DNA of 64,000 nt from an uncultured Poribacteria bacterium (GCA_951813565.1 OX638351.1:2016001-2080000), one strand, 5' to 3'. Shown: positions 1 through 12,200, counted from the first letter of the stretch. Notes: generated from the sequence alone by a model not told the origin. Numbers and translations: made by a program.

Positions 1-210
1 CCTGTTCGAAGCCATCGCCTGCGTGGTTTTATAGAATAACAGCGATTAACCCATAGAAATACCAACCACTCAGCATTGCAGAGTAATTCAATTCTCCAAT
101 AATTTCTTCCTTCTCTCTAAAACCTCTTCTTGTAGGAGCGACCTCCCGGTCGCGACATGACCAAAATGCTGAGAAAAAACTGAAAACTGAATTACGCTTC
201 AAGAATTCCA

Positions 211-408
211 GGGTGTGTAAATATTTTGACATTAACCATGCCACTTTTCTTGTAAGAGGGCTTTGTCCGCCCGATAAATTCAAATCAACGCCAAATGTGC
301 ATTTGGCATTTGTTCAAATCAATGATGAATAGACTTGTAGTATTCATCGGGGTTGAAAACCCCTCCTACAGAAGAGAAGAAGTATTCATGTCAAAACTTT
401 ACACACCC
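211..408. mobile_element. MITE-like element, family A (TIR GGGTGTGTAAA...TTTACACACCC)
   Basis: Inverted ends match copies at 13613, 25339 and 29405; flanked by AGAATTCC (202-209, 410-417); REP-like hairpins inside. Confidence 0.7.
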
Positions 409-417
409 CAGAATTCC

Positions 418-540
418 CAGGGTTATTTAGTTCTCCATATTTTCGGTTATTCTTGAATGCCCCTCTTGCTGTAGGAGCGAGCTCCAGCTCGCGACTTTTT
501 TGACGAAAATGTGCAAAAACCCTAAAACTAAATAACCTTG
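418..540. mobile_element. MITE-like element, family H (TIR CAGGGTTATTTAGTT...AACTAAATAACCTTG)
   Basis: 15-bp imperfect TIR, 9-bp direct repeat CAGAATTCC (409-417, 541-549); degenerate relative at ~79-200; solo end at ~13585-13601. Confidence 0.65.
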
Positions 541-607
541 CAGAATTCCAGAATTCCATAAAAACTTGATTTTTTATTTCAAACAAGGTATAATTAAAAA
601 ACAATAT

Positions 608-680
608 GGGCCCATAGCTCAGTGGTCAGAGCCGCCGGCTCATAACCGGCTGGTCCTAGGTTCGAGTCCTAGTGGGCCCA
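608..680 (+). tRNA. tRNA-Ile2 (CAT anticodon, lysidine type); tRNA-Met not excluded
   Basis: Cloverleaf GGGCCCA/TGGGCCC-A, anticodon loop CTCATAA, TTCGA T-loop; body resembles Ile2 tRNAs; CCA not encoded. Confidence 0.9.
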
Positions 681-691
681 TCTCTTCTCAT

Positions 692-764
692 GGGGCGTTA
701 GCTCAGGGGTACGAGCGCTACCTTCACACGGTAGAAGTCACTGGTTCAAATCCAGTACGCCCCA
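692..764 (+). tRNA. tRNA-Val (CAC)
   Basis: GGGGCGT/ACGCCCC-A acceptor, CTACC-TTCACAC-GGTAG anticodon arm, TTCAAAT T-loop. Confidence 0.95.
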
Positions 765-981
765 TCGCTTAGGGAAGCGTCCTACCTACCGCGTGAAGGT
801 ATCTGTGATTACGTTCTGACAAAATTAGGTAAACCATTAAATCTGACTTTTGGAGGAATAAACAGTGTATCTTACTTCAACTATCCTATCTCCATTATCC
901 TTTTGTAAACATAATTTTGCCATAAATTGATGCTTTTGCAAAAAAAAAAGCTAAACTTTTTCTGGTGAGATTGATATATTA

Positions 982-1889
982 TAGTAAATCCCGTAATTAC
1001 TTATACACTTTTATAATATCATCAATAGAGGTCTCAGCGTTGTATTGACGTATCCGCTTGATGTTGGCGAAATCCTTCTCAATCGGGTTCAACTCCGGTG
1101 AATACGGCGGTAAAAACAACAAACTCGCACCGCAATCCCGGATCAATGCCGCCGTCTGTGAACCTTTGTGGAAAGACGCATTATCCATAATCACAACATG
1201 GCTATCGTCAAGCAATGGACACAACATTTCCGAAAGCCAACTGTTGAAGGCGACCGCGTCGCAACTGCCCTCGAAAAGCACAGGTGCTGTGAAACATCCA
1301 TCAAGCCTTGCAGCAATCAGCGTCGTGGTGGTATACCGATGGCTTGGCACTTTATCTTCAACACGGACACCTTTCGGGGCATAAGCATACCGACGGAAAG
1401 TGGTTTCAGTGAAACCACTTTCGTCAAGATAAACCGGTGTTTTGCCATGCGCCTGTGTCTCTTGTTGAAGTGCCGAAAGATACTCTTGGCGTTTTATCGG
1501 ACACTGTTCTTTGTAGGTCGTGGTCTTTTTTTTCGCGTGATATTGAGTTTTGAGAAGGCATAAAAGATGCCATTTGTTGAAACACCGAAGTGTTTAGCAC
1601 GTTCGGCGAGTGTGGAATCTGGGAAATCGGCAACATGTTGCTGAAGTGCGTCATAATCAATATCTCGGGGCCCTTTGGGTCCCGGTTTTTCACAGGCGAA
1701 GGGGTCTTCTGCTTCCAACCAGTTATAGATCGTTCTTCTTGAGACACGAAAAGTGCGTTCTGCGGCGGCTTTACTGCCACCATTATTGATGAAATCAAGC
1801 ACGCGTTTGCGTAAATCTGTTGAATATGCCATAATTATAAAGGCTAGCATAAATCCCAGAAAATGTAAACTTATTTTCAATATCTACTA
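982..1889 (-). mobile_element. IS630-family insertion sequence
   Basis: Imperfect TIRs (TAGTAAATCCCGTAATTACTT vs TAGTAGATATTGAAAATAAGTT), TA on both sides, encloses a split transposase. Confidence 0.85.
997..1832 (-). CDS. IS630-family transposase, orfA/orfB joined by -1 frameshift
   Basis: HTH MAYSTDLRKRV...; DDE part YLDESGF, VIMDNASFH, LPPYSPELNPIE; A8G run at 1526-1533 links the frames. Confidence 0.9.
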
Positions 1890-1963
1890 TAAACATAACA
1901 GGTGATCACCTCGTTATTTTATAGTTTGAAACGATTAACTTTTCTCGTTATCTTGCTTATAAA

Positions 1964-2126
1964 AACGTGAGTTTGATAAATAGTTAGAACTTCCACATTT
2001 CCTCTTAAAGTCTCTCTGATAAGGGGGATTTAGGGGGTTAAAAACACCAAAATAACGATTTTTTCAGCAAATATGCCCGTTCTCTGTTCAATTTTTGCCT
2101 GTCCAGTTAATTATCAAACTCACGTT
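1964..2126. mobile_element. MITE-like element, family B (TIR AACGTGAGTTTGATAA)
   Basis: Perfect 16-bp TIR, 5-bp TSD ATAAA (1959-1963, 2127-2131); second copy at 25657-26135. Confidence 0.85.
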
Positions 2127-2143
2127 ATAAAAGGAAGTAACCG

Positions 2144-2782
2144 ATGAAATATCAACGCGGTCCACATTACTCAGGTAAGTGTCCATTCAAGATTGTCCCA
2201 GAAGATCCGATCTCTGCTGATCAGTCAATACGTCATTGTGTTGATTGTGCGACAGAGTACAACAAGCGGTTGAAAAGTCTTAAAGAGGACTTCTATCAAG
2301 TCGCTATGTTAACGGTTCTGGAATCAATACCGAAGTATAACCCGAACCATCCGAGCGGTGCCAGTTTCACTACATTTATCAAGAAACGCGTGTGTACACG
2401 ACTGTGGTGGGAACGGAAGAAAGAATTAAATTCTTTACCATTTCCACATGACGAACAACCCACGGATGATGACAACTGGACGCCAAATCCGTTAGTTGCT
2501 GGTTTGAATGCTGAAGCGTGTGCACATGAAGCATTAGAAGACGAAGTGATTCGGCAGCTTGAGGTGGAACAATTCTGTGAACATTTACCTCAATTTTTGG
2601 CAAAACTTACCGAAAAACAACGCCGTGTCCTTGAAATGAAGTATTTTGAAGAATGCAGCGGTGTTGAGATAGCCAAAGCACTCGGTATCTCAAAAGGTAG
2701 AGTGAGTCAAATTATGAAAACCGCTTTGGAAAAGGTGAAAAAGGCATACCTCCTTGCATTAGAGAAAGGTTTCAAATTTTAA
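2144..2782 (+). CDS. Sigma-70 family alternative RNA polymerase sigma factor
   Basis: Region 2-like KYNP..GASFTTFI; region 4 LTEKQRRVLEMKYFEECSGVEIAKALGISKGRVSQI. Confidence 0.85.
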   Translation: MKYQRGPHYSGKCPFKIVPEDPISADQSIRHCVDCATEYNKRLKSLKEDFYQVAMLTVLESIPKYNPNHPSGASFTTFIKKRVCTRLWWERKKELNSLPFPHDEQPTDDDNWTPNPLVAGLNAEACAHEALEDEVIRQLEVEQFCEHLPQFLAKLTEKQRRVLEMKYFEECSGVEIAKALGISKGRVSQIMKTALEKVKKAYLLALEKGFKF

Positions 2783-2848
2783 AACTAACGTCCTTGACGT
2801 TGATTTAAAATACCGACACCTGTTTAGGTGCCAAAAGGAGATTACAAA

Positions 2849-3676
2849 ATGTTTAAGTTGAAGTTCAAGACAATCGCGATTGCAATCGCAATTCTGTCCA
2901 TCTTTTTGCTCAGTTTTGCTGGCAATAGCGAAGCACTTCAGATTACAACACTGGAACCTGCGTACGGGTCATACGACTCAGATTATGCCCATACAGTTTA
3001 CTTGGAAACCGATAGACCTTATTACGTAGTACAGTGGTATGTTGACGGTGTTTACGCATGGACCTCCATTGGAGGTCTTGAGGGTGATGAGGACGGGCCG
3101 ACTTCTGCCTTTTTTTGTACGGATTATCTCAGCGGAAGCGTAACAGGAACCCCTCATGCTGTTGAAGCCATTGCTTGGGATCAAGAAGATCACAGTAATA
3201 CACTTTCAGACTCCGACTCTTACACATTCTATATCTTTGAACCGACAATCGTTGAAGTCGAGGGTGATGAAACCGATGTAGAGGCAACCTTGACTGTCCA
3301 TAGACATTATTATAGGCATCCGATGGTATACGCAGATTTATCGGCTTCCGCCTATAACCCGCTTGATGAAGATGAAATAGGGAAACGTTTGGCAACCCGG
3401 TATGTTGCTGCGGAGTTTAAACTCACAGTCTCTGGTCCGAACGTAAATGTTGTAAACACAGGCAGTGCGCCGCGAACAAAACTTCCCTCGCTGGAGTCTG
3501 TTGGCCCCGCCTCTGCATCCCTATACTGCTCCATTGCTGAAGGGATTGCAGGTCGGACATACACTTCCAGGGCGTATGTCGCTATTGATGCTGATGGTCC
3601 TGCGCCACAGAATCCTGACGCGCAGGACTACTTGGAATATATAGATGGGCAAACGTTTACACGTGAAGATGATTAG
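2849..3676 (+). CDS. Exported hypothetical protein
   Basis: RBS AAGGAG, signal peptide ending SEA, acidic beta-rich body. Confidence 0.75.
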   Translation: MFKLKFKTIAIAIAILSIFLLSFAGNSEALQITTLEPAYGSYDSDYAHTVYLETDRPYYVVQWYVDGVYAWTSIGGLEGDEDGPTSAFFCTDYLSGSVTGTPHAVEAIAWDQEDHSNTLSDSDSYTFYIFEPTIVEVEGDETDVEATLTVHRHYYRHPMVYADLSASAYNPLDEDEIGKRLATRYVAAEFKLTVSGPNVNVVNTGSAPRTKLPSLESVGPASASLYCSIAEGIAGRTYTSRAYVAIDADGPAPQNPDAQDYLEYIDGQTFTREDD

Positions 3677-3740
3677 CCGTTAGGCAAACTTTATGGGAGG
3701 GATTCGCAACGTTTCCCTCCCATCGCAAAGGAGAACTACG

Positions 3741-4853
3741 ATGCGTTTATTACTTACCACATGCTGCCTGATCTTACTACTTTTTTCCACGATTGCAAAC
3801 GCCAAAATCATTTTTTACTCAAGTTACAATGATATTCGGGGAATTTATATCATGGATGATGACGGCAGCAATATCACACTACTCACCGATACGCTAAGAC
3901 CGTTTTTTCCCCGTTGGTCTCCGGACGGTAAACAGATCGTATTTCAAAGACGTGTGAAGCTGATCGATTCACAACAATTTCATCTTTTCCTCATGGACGC
4001 AGATGGAACAAACATTCGGCAACTCACACCCCCACTAAATGGTTTTGATGCACATCCGTCTTTTTCACCGGATGGAAAGTCTATTGTTTTTATACGTTAT
4101 GAGCAGATAGACAAGCAAAATAAAGAAAACAGTGTGTGTGTGCTGGATCTGGAGAGCGGTCAGATTAAAAAGATCTCTGATCTCGGGATAAACGACCCGT
4201 CATTTTCACCAGATGGAAAACAGATCGTCTTTACCACTACTCCCGTTGTTGGCGGTGAAGGCGGCAATGTGTGGATTATGAATGCGGATGGCCGCGATGC
4301 ACGCCCGCTACTTCCGCCTGCACCACAAGGGAATTTGGGCGTCAGCAGATGGATACCGAAATGGTCACCCGATGGAAAAAAGATACTCTATACAGAAGAC
4401 CGGGATAAACTTGAGGTCATTGGTAACGGCATACACACACTCCCACAAGGCTATTACTATTTTATTTATGATACCAGAAACAAACAGTCTCAGCAATTAA
4501 ATATACCGAAGACTTTGCGTCCTCAGAGCATTGACTGGATGGATGGCGATAAATCTATCGTTTTCAGCGCGTATAAAAGAAAGTTGAACGAACTGCGAGA
4601 TCCTAACACCCGATATAATCCGAATATCTATAAATATCATATTGCCACAGGGAAACTGACACGTTTGACGGAACATCCAGGGTACGATTACCAATTAGAT
4701 TGGATTGATGATCGTGTCTATGCGATATCACCCGCGGGCAAAAAACCGGTGCAATGGGGGGAACTAAAAAAATTTCTTCAGAGTCGCAGTGAAGCCGTTA
4801 AAACGTTTTTCGCAAGACCTGTAATGTTTTCTGCGGATCGCACTTCATTTTGA
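3741..4853 (+). CDS. Exported TolB-like PD40 beta-propeller protein
   Basis: Signal peptide; repeated WSPDGK/FSPDGK; near-terminal AISPAGKKPVQWGELK. Confidence 0.9.
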   Translation: MRLLLTTCCLILLLFSTIANAKIIFYSSYNDIRGIYIMDDDGSNITLLTDTLRPFFPRWSPDGKQIVFQRRVKLIDSQQFHLFLMDADGTNIRQLTPPLNGFDAHPSFSPDGKSIVFIRYEQIDKQNKENSVCVLDLESGQIKKISDLGINDPSFSPDGKQIVFTTTPVVGGEGGNVWIMNADGRDARPLLPPAPQGNLGVSRWIPKWSPDGKKILYTEDRDKLEVIGNGIHTLPQGYYYFIYDTRNKQSQQLNIPKTLRPQSIDWMDGDKSIVFSAYKRKLNELRDPNTRYNPNIYKYHIATGKLTRLTEHPGYDYQLDWIDDRVYAISPAGKKPVQWGELKKFLQSRSEAVKTFFARPVMFSADRTSF

Positions 4854-4890
4854 AGGGTATAATGCCCTTCTCAAAATTAGGTGAATAACC

Positions 4891-6021
4891 ATGCGTCTAC
4901 AAAAAGTCAGTTTGCTTTGCTTACTAATGCTACTGCTTTTCGGTGTGGTGGCAGATGCGAAAATCGTTTTTAGTTCCAGACGCGACGGTGTGAAAGGTAT
5001 TTACGTTATGGACGATGATGGTAGCAACCAGACGCTTCTCATTGAAGATGGAGAAAAGTGGTTCCCATACCCTGATTGCTGGTCGCCCGATGGTAAATGG
5101 ATTGCATTTACGAGACGTTATAGTGATAACTTGATGCATTCAGATGGCACAAACATCCAAAAACTCATAATCCCTAAAGCGTATGTCGGTAGAATGTCAT
5201 TTTCACCGGATGGCAAAGCTCTCGTTTTTAATATGAGAGTGGACATAGATGGCAAAGAGATAAAGACCGTCAACGTGCTGAATATAGAAACGGGGGAGAT
5301 AAAAGAGATAGCGGATGTCAGTGCGATCTTTTGTGATTGGTCGCCTGATGGCAAGTCTATTGTGTTCTCAAAGCCGGGCGTGGTTGACGATGTAGGTGGC
5401 ACGCTTTGGATAATGGGAGCCGATGGTAATAGACCACGAAAACTACTACCTCACCCTGAACGGGGACGCTTCAAAGCACCGCGCTGGTCACCCGATGGCA
5501 AACAGGTTGTCTATCTCCATGACGAATATGTGTGGGAACCACGGGACGGATTCGGCCTTGCGCTTATCTACAAGGCGCATCGGTATCTGATTTGTGATCG
5601 CAACGGAAGAAACATCAAAAAACTACGGATACCAAAGGACTGGCGACCAATACAAATTGACTGGATGGATGATGGCAAATCCGTTGTTTTCAGCGCGTAT
5701 GTTGGACTCCCTTTAGACGAAATGGTACATCCCGATCAGCTCCCACCGTGCAATATCTATAAGTACCATATCCCGACAACCGAGATTACGCGCCTCACAG
5801 ACCATCTGGGAAAGGATGACTCGCTGGATTGGATCAGCGATGATGTGCTTTCTGTTTCACCTAAAGGTAAGATGCAAACGCAGTGGGGTGCGATAAAAAA
5901 GTTTCTTCAGAGTCGTAGTGAAGCGTTTAAGGCGTTTTTCGCAAAACGTGTTAGTTTTCCTGCAGAATTAACGTTAAATGTGCATGCAGCATTTAGTGGT
6001 TTGTCAAAAACTCAAGATTAA
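4891..6021 (+). CDS. Exported TolB-like PD40 beta-propeller protein (paralog of 3741..4853)
   Basis: Signal peptide; WSPDGK repeats; SVSPKGKMQTQWGAIK followed by the same KFLQSRSEA tail. Confidence 0.9.
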   Translation: MRLQKVSLLCLLMLLLFGVVADAKIVFSSRRDGVKGIYVMDDDGSNQTLLIEDGEKWFPYPDCWSPDGKWIAFTRRYSDNLMHSDGTNIQKLIIPKAYVGRMSFSPDGKALVFNMRVDIDGKEIKTVNVLNIETGEIKEIADVSAIFCDWSPDGKSIVFSKPGVVDDVGGTLWIMGADGNRPRKLLPHPERGRFKAPRWSPDGKQVVYLHDEYVWEPRDGFGLALIYKAHRYLICDRNGRNIKKLRIPKDWRPIQIDWMDDGKSVVFSAYVGLPLDEMVHPDQLPPCNIYKYHIPTTEITRLTDHLGKDDSLDWISDDVLSVSPKGKMQTQWGAIKKFLQSRSEAFKAFFAKRVSFPAELTLNVHAAFSGLSKTQD

Positions 6022-6086
6022 GTTAACACCTTTGTGTTGAAGGGTATCTCTTTCAAGACACCCTTTCACATCTAAAGAAAAACACA

Positions 6087-6254
6087 ATGCTAAAGCATAA
6101 ACCGATTCACCCAATTTTCAACAACCGCTGGAGTCCTGTGATTGAGTTCGCAACAGATAGTCTGCTTTTCATGCTTTTTGGCATAGCTGGAGTCGTGCTT
6201 TCTGTTCTTTCCGATTGTGTGGTGAAGGTTTTTCAGGGAAAGGATTCACGGTAA
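6087..6254 (+). CDS. Possible small membrane protein (55 aa)
   Basis: ORF MLKHKPIHP...LLFMLFGIAGVVLSVL...; below ORF-track cutoff; weak RBS. Confidence 0.3.
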   Translation: MLKHKPIHPIFNNRWSPVIEFATDSLLFMLFGIAGVVLSVLSDCVVKVFQGKDSR

Positions 6255-6284
6255 AGTCGTGTTGATTTTACTATACCTCTGATA

Positions 6285-9200
6285 TTATTCAAATTCGCCT
6301 CTCACCGTCAGCGCACTTGCAACGGAAAGGTAATCCCTTCCTTCTTCAACCCTATCGTGGTTGTAGCTTAGTCCCAAATGTAGATTTGCAGTGAGATGGT
6401 CGCTAAGTTTGTAGCCTGCACGTAAAGTTGTCTCGTATCGTTCAGAACGTTCCTCCTTATTGGCACCGTAGTTTTCTCTGCGAATTGCCAAAGAAAAGGT
6501 ATTTGTCAGATCAATGTCGTGCTCAAGTTGTATTCTGCCGATCAGTGGCAAGCGTATACCGCCTTCGGTTCGGTAGCGATAGTCAATACTAAAATTCGGT
6601 GTAATAATAAAAGCGTCGCTTTGAATTCCGCTTCGTAGATGATCACGTAGGGTAGTACGAATTCCTAATGAAGTCCTGGTTTCGTCGCTCCATTTTTGCA
6701 TCCAACTTAGCGATGGGGTATGTGCGGTACTGTCACTGAGCGTAACTTCAAGGTTAGCATTCTTCCGTATTGTATAGCTATAACGAAGTTGGAAACTTGA
6801 TGCCTGTTGTGCATTAAGCTTAACATCCGCTTCATAAGTTTCTGCGTGTGATGTATAAGTGCTACCGTAACTTTTCCGAAAACTATCGGATGTGCTGAGA
6901 TTCGTTCCGAAGGATAACCATTTCCACGGATCCACAGAAGTGCGGACTGTATAGCGGTTGCTTTTTCGTGAATTGGTGCGTTCATCTGCTTCTTGATCAA
7001 GCTCCCAGATTTCTATCAGCGACTGCCCAGATTCAAGTTGACGAAAAGATTCGGTTGTGGAATAGTTTGCACTGGTGTTAATCGTAAATGTATTCAGTAT
7101 TCGAAGCAGGAGACCTTCCTGCTTAGGCTGTTGCGTGGCAAGAGAACCTTGTGCTGTAGGACTGGGACGCTGCTTTTGCACCATCTCTGCTTTATCTCGG
7201 TTAATCCAATCGTTTTGATCTTCTACTAATTTCTGAATTTGGGTTTCATCAATACCATTTTCGCGTAACTTTTCAAGATTTTGTTCAATCGGTGTCTGTT
7301 TCCCCGACTGTTCAATCGTTCCATCCTGATTCCCGTTTATGCCTCCAGTTTCTGGTTTTTCCTTATTCAACAGCCATCCGAACCATTTTTGGATGCGTAG
7401 ATTCAAGCCGAGGTTGATATTTCCATTGAGTGAAGCATCTTTCTTTACATTGAACCAGTTCTCCCGGAAACCTACACGGCTTGTCACCGTTGGACGTAAG
7501 CCGAGGAGATCACGATTGAGTCGTGGGGTGAGTGAAAGCCGATGTTCTCGTTCGGCAATAGAAAAATCTGGTACGGTATCTTCATCAGGATCCTCTTCCA
7601 CAGAAGAATCAGGCTCCGTCACGCCTCCCGCAAAATATGATGTTGTATAGCGATTTGGATCCCGTCTTTCAAGTGTCCGCCGTATATCGTAACTTGGATT
7701 AAGACTAAAAGCGTTTATTGGACTGATATCAAGTGTTATGGATCCGCTGTCTGTTTTTTCATCTCGATTCCTACCATAACCGTAGCTATAATATGAAGTT
7801 GATGTAGCGGTTGTATCTGTTGCTGTTTCAGGCTTCGCCAAAATATCTTCATGCCGATATTGCACATTGAACCCAAGTTTTGAACCGATATTGTAGCGAA
7901 AATTGCCTGTGTATAGATGACTAATTTGTGTTCCTCGCCGCTCGTTCCAAAAATCCTGATAATTGTAAGCGAATCCGAGGTTTGGAAACGGATTTCGGTT
8001 GAATTGCACCGAAACATCTCTATTGAGAGTTTCACTCTTTCCGCTTTGAAAAGAGGTATAGCTGCCTCGCAGTGCCTCCGTTTCAGATTCCTGTTCTCGG
8101 ATGGAATAGCGGATAGGCAACCATGAAAACAGTGTGACTTCCGCATCAATGTTGTAATCATTGTTCGTAGTACTATAGCCACGGGACGACAAGCGTTGCC
8201 GACCAATTTCACCAGCGCCGCTCTCAAAGTCTTTGTCCTGACTTGCGTAGCCGCCCCGCAGACGTATGATATTACCAAGCGAAACAGACATATTCCCACG
8301 ACGTGCCCATCCTGAACGAACGAGTGGATCACCGAGATGTATCTCGTTAACCCATACTTCACCGCTAATTTCTCGTTCTGTATCGTTTCGGATACCGAGC
8401 AATATGCCTCCGATATTTTTGATGGAGAGCTGCGTTCTACTTACACCTGATCCTGTGCCTCTAACAGTAAAGCCGTCAGGGTGTCCGTCAGGTGCATTTT
8501 GTACGGGAGACGGTTGTCCTTGCTGATCAGGTGTATCTGTATTATCACTTGGATTTTCAATCAGGTCAGGATATTCATTCCTGCTATGGTCCCGCAGGTC
8601 AATTTCAATAAGTTTCCAACCTTCAAAGTCTATCGGCACAGTGTATTCATAATAGTCTGTAAGATTCTCAAAGATATTAACATCTTCTTCTTGCGGTTGG
8701 TTGAGGAATGGATCAGAACTGTAGAAAGAACTACGATAACCTGTACGCACACTGGGAGCGAGCTGTAGCACAAAGGTAGTGTAGCTTTTATCACCATACA
8801 ACCATAATCGGAGTGTATCGTGCCTGCTAAAGTCTTGCCCTTCGCTTTGCGTGAATCCTTTTAGCTGCTTAGAGGTGATACCGTAAGAGTTCGGATAGAG
8901 ATAATACTCTAAACTTAGCGTCTGTTCGCGTTGTTGCTGTGTTTGAAAAGCGAGCGAAGTGGCTGTAAACGGGTGCAGTTTTCTAAAAAGCTCATTATCT
9001 TCAATCTCCAAATACGCACTTTGATAGTCGTCATAACTGAAGTTATCCTTTGCGCCAACGATGAACTTTTCAAGCGTATCTTCAACGACTTTTTGGTCGG
9101 AAAGTCCAGTGGTTGTATCTGTGAAGGATTGTGTGACTACTCCCTGTTCCCATTTATTTCCTACAATCTCAATAGATGCCCATTGGAATGTTCCCTTGAC

Positions 9201-12200
9201 GGTGCCCGGACGGTTCTTCATCAACCAGAAACGAAAATGCTGAACAAATACAAGACTGGGAACACGGGAGCCTTCTGGTAAAAATTTTGAGAGCGGGATG
9301 CTAAGGAACGTCCATCCGTTGCTATTTTTACCTTTAACCCATTCGTTCGGAATGTCATTAAGTGGGATAGCGACCTGAAAATATGCATCAACACTATCAA
9401 GTACACCGTCACCATTCAAATCCTCGCTATCCAAAATTTGATTGTTTGCACCAAAAGACTCAGGTTGAAATGGACCGTCATAACGCCATCCAACGTCTTC
9501 CCCAATATCCGATCTGCCGTTGCCAAAGTGCCGCTGTGCATCCGACAGGTTTTCAAGGTCAAGATCAAGGGCATCAACAACACCGTCGCCGGTTGTATCG
9601 TCTAACGTTTGTGGCAGGTCTTCACTATCAAGACGCCCATCAGCATCCGAATCTTCATTCACAGCACCGAGATTGAGATAGAGTGTCACATCATCATCTC
9701 CTTCCACGCGCATCCACATCTCCACAAAACCGCGTTCGGAATAATCAACGCCAGATTTTGATATGCCATTTGAGAAACCTCCCCATTCTTCAACCACATC
9801 TGTGAAATCGTATCCAACTTCCATAATCAACCGTTCTTCTGTTGAGAGAGAAAGCGGTTGAATTGATGATGCAGGCACATCCCGATTTCGCATGTAGTTG
9901 CCAACGGCTTCTGCTTCTTCTCTATCTTTCAGTACGACGTTAAAAAGTGCTCTATTCTCTTGTGTCGGTAACACACTATAATCGTGTGTCGGTAAACCTG
10001 CCTGTACCGATTCTTGGACGGACGGCACACTACTCGGCTTCCAGTTAAATTTTATGGTAGGTATTGTGGTGGTTTCCTTTACACCTTCCATGCTATCAAT
10101 CAGAGCAACGCCAACGCTATTTGGGTTGTTATGTGAATAAGCAGACTCTCCACTAAAGTCAATAGAGAGCGGAAAATTCTGGATATTGACAAAAGGCAGC
10201 GGGTTTAGTAACCACGCCATGTTGAATTCCCTACCAAAACTTGTGTTGATATTAAATGCTTGCAAGCGGTTGGGAACTTCATTGACATTCGGTATTTGGG
10301 CAGGTTTCTGCCCAGTCGTTAAGATATATCCTGTTGATACGGTAAATCCTTTTTGGTAAACCGGATTGAAATAATTCATGCCGGTCCCGTATCCTCCAAA
10401 ATAACTGGGTCCGATTCGCGAACGTCCCCCAAAACTTCCAAAACTACTATAGCCACCCGCACCAAAACCGCCGCCAAAGGTGCTATGACCTAAACCGACA
10501 TTGCCAAATCCCCTACCCGAACGTGTCCCAGAAGAAGGAAAGCCACTTGAAAATGGGTCATTCGTGAGATTATTATCCAAACCTGTTTGCATTGTTTGCA
10601 TTCCACCCAGACGATTGAACCTATCCTCAAGATTCTGTTCTCTCTCAGATTTCGGTTTCGGTTTATGTGTATAATCTAACCATACACCTACAACTGCTTG
10701 CTGTGAACCCGCGCCGAATGGGGTTTTTTCAAATTCCACTACGATTTCATCGAATTCATCAAGTTCTGTGAAAAATCGAATGGTACCAACCTCGTAGACC
10801 ATCAAGTAATCCGTATCTCGCGTTAGAACTCTCCCGTTTAGTCGCACAGTCTCACTATTTGGAATCACAAACAATCCGACATTATAGGTCTCAGATTGAT
10901 AAGAATAATCAGCAACAATTGTGTATATCTGGTCAGTACTACGGAGGGATTCAAGATAAATGGCTTCGTTGTTGAGTAAATCTCGGTGTTGATAATAAGG
11001 ATGTTGTGGATCGCTGATTTTAAAGGGTTGCAAGCTTGGGAAACGTAGTAATCCTCTGTCGTAATCTATGAACTCCGAATCAACGATTCCATCACCGTTC
11101 TGGTCCAATCCAAATATCTCAATATATGGGACAAGTCCTGCGTCAGTTTGGAATGTTTCACTTTCTCCTTGGCGGATAATTGTCAGCTGAAAATCTCGAG
11201 GGTTGATGTTTCGGTTCCCGAGGCTGTAAACATGAGATGCAGCATTTCCGCGAAAACCTTTCTCTTTTATAACAACATAACCAATCTCTTCACCCTCTTC
11301 ATCAATAGAACCGTCTCCGTTCTCATCAGCAAAAACGTTTCCAGGATTGCCGACACTACCACCACCATCGCCCAAATATTCGTAAGCGACAACGATAGTA
11401 TAACTGGAGGAGATCGGAGATAAAAACTCAATCTCGCCCGTTTCATAGTCAATGTTGTAGTCCTGCCCGGGAAACTGCGGATTGAAGTAGCCTTGACTCG
11501 TTCGTTTGCCACCTTGGTTATTGCCCACGACGCTATCGTCAATATAGATTTCCACACTCCCCTGTTTTATGGGAAGATATGCCTCGTGCAGCAGACCGTC
11601 TTCCCCTTGGTGAATTAAATAGTATCTGTTTTTAATATAATTGGCATCCGCAATCTGAATGCCGCGCGGTCCGTAACCGAAACTTGCTCTTCGCGACTGT
11701 CCACGGAACGTCCGCACTTCACGGACACCTTTGCTTCGCGATCCGAAAAGGGTCATACGGGTGTTTTTATATTCAAACACTCCTTCCAGTCCAAAAAGGT
11801 TTCGGTTGATATTTAGGAAACGGGTGTTCGGCAGGCTAAGCGTAATGTCACCGAAAGATATAGTTTTGATGAAATCTTCGGGTTTGCCTTCATACCAGAT
11901 TTTAATCTTCTGTTCTTTCGCACCACCGAGTCCATACCCACCGTAGCTGCTACCTCCATATCCACCATACCTGCCACCATACGAATCACCTGCATTGTAA
12001 TCCACGGCAATATGTGTTCGTTCGCCTACACGACCGTGCAATCCAATATTTTGGTGTTGCCGTATATTAATGCCAGTAGCACGCGGAACACCACCTCTGC
12101 CGTAACTACTGTAACCCCCATAACTACTGTAGCCACCCCCATAACTTGAACCAAAACTGTCGTATCCACCACCGCCAAATCCGCTGCTGTAGCCAAAATC

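Noticed and set aside
29..772. Short ORFs 29..283, 386..604, 566..772 and similar ones at 13615, 13682, 25564, 60351-60716
   Set aside because: They overlap tRNAs or repeat elements and have no protein-like features
692..6280. Integrative island at tRNA-Val
   Set aside because: No integrase and no duplicated tRNA 3' end found by eye
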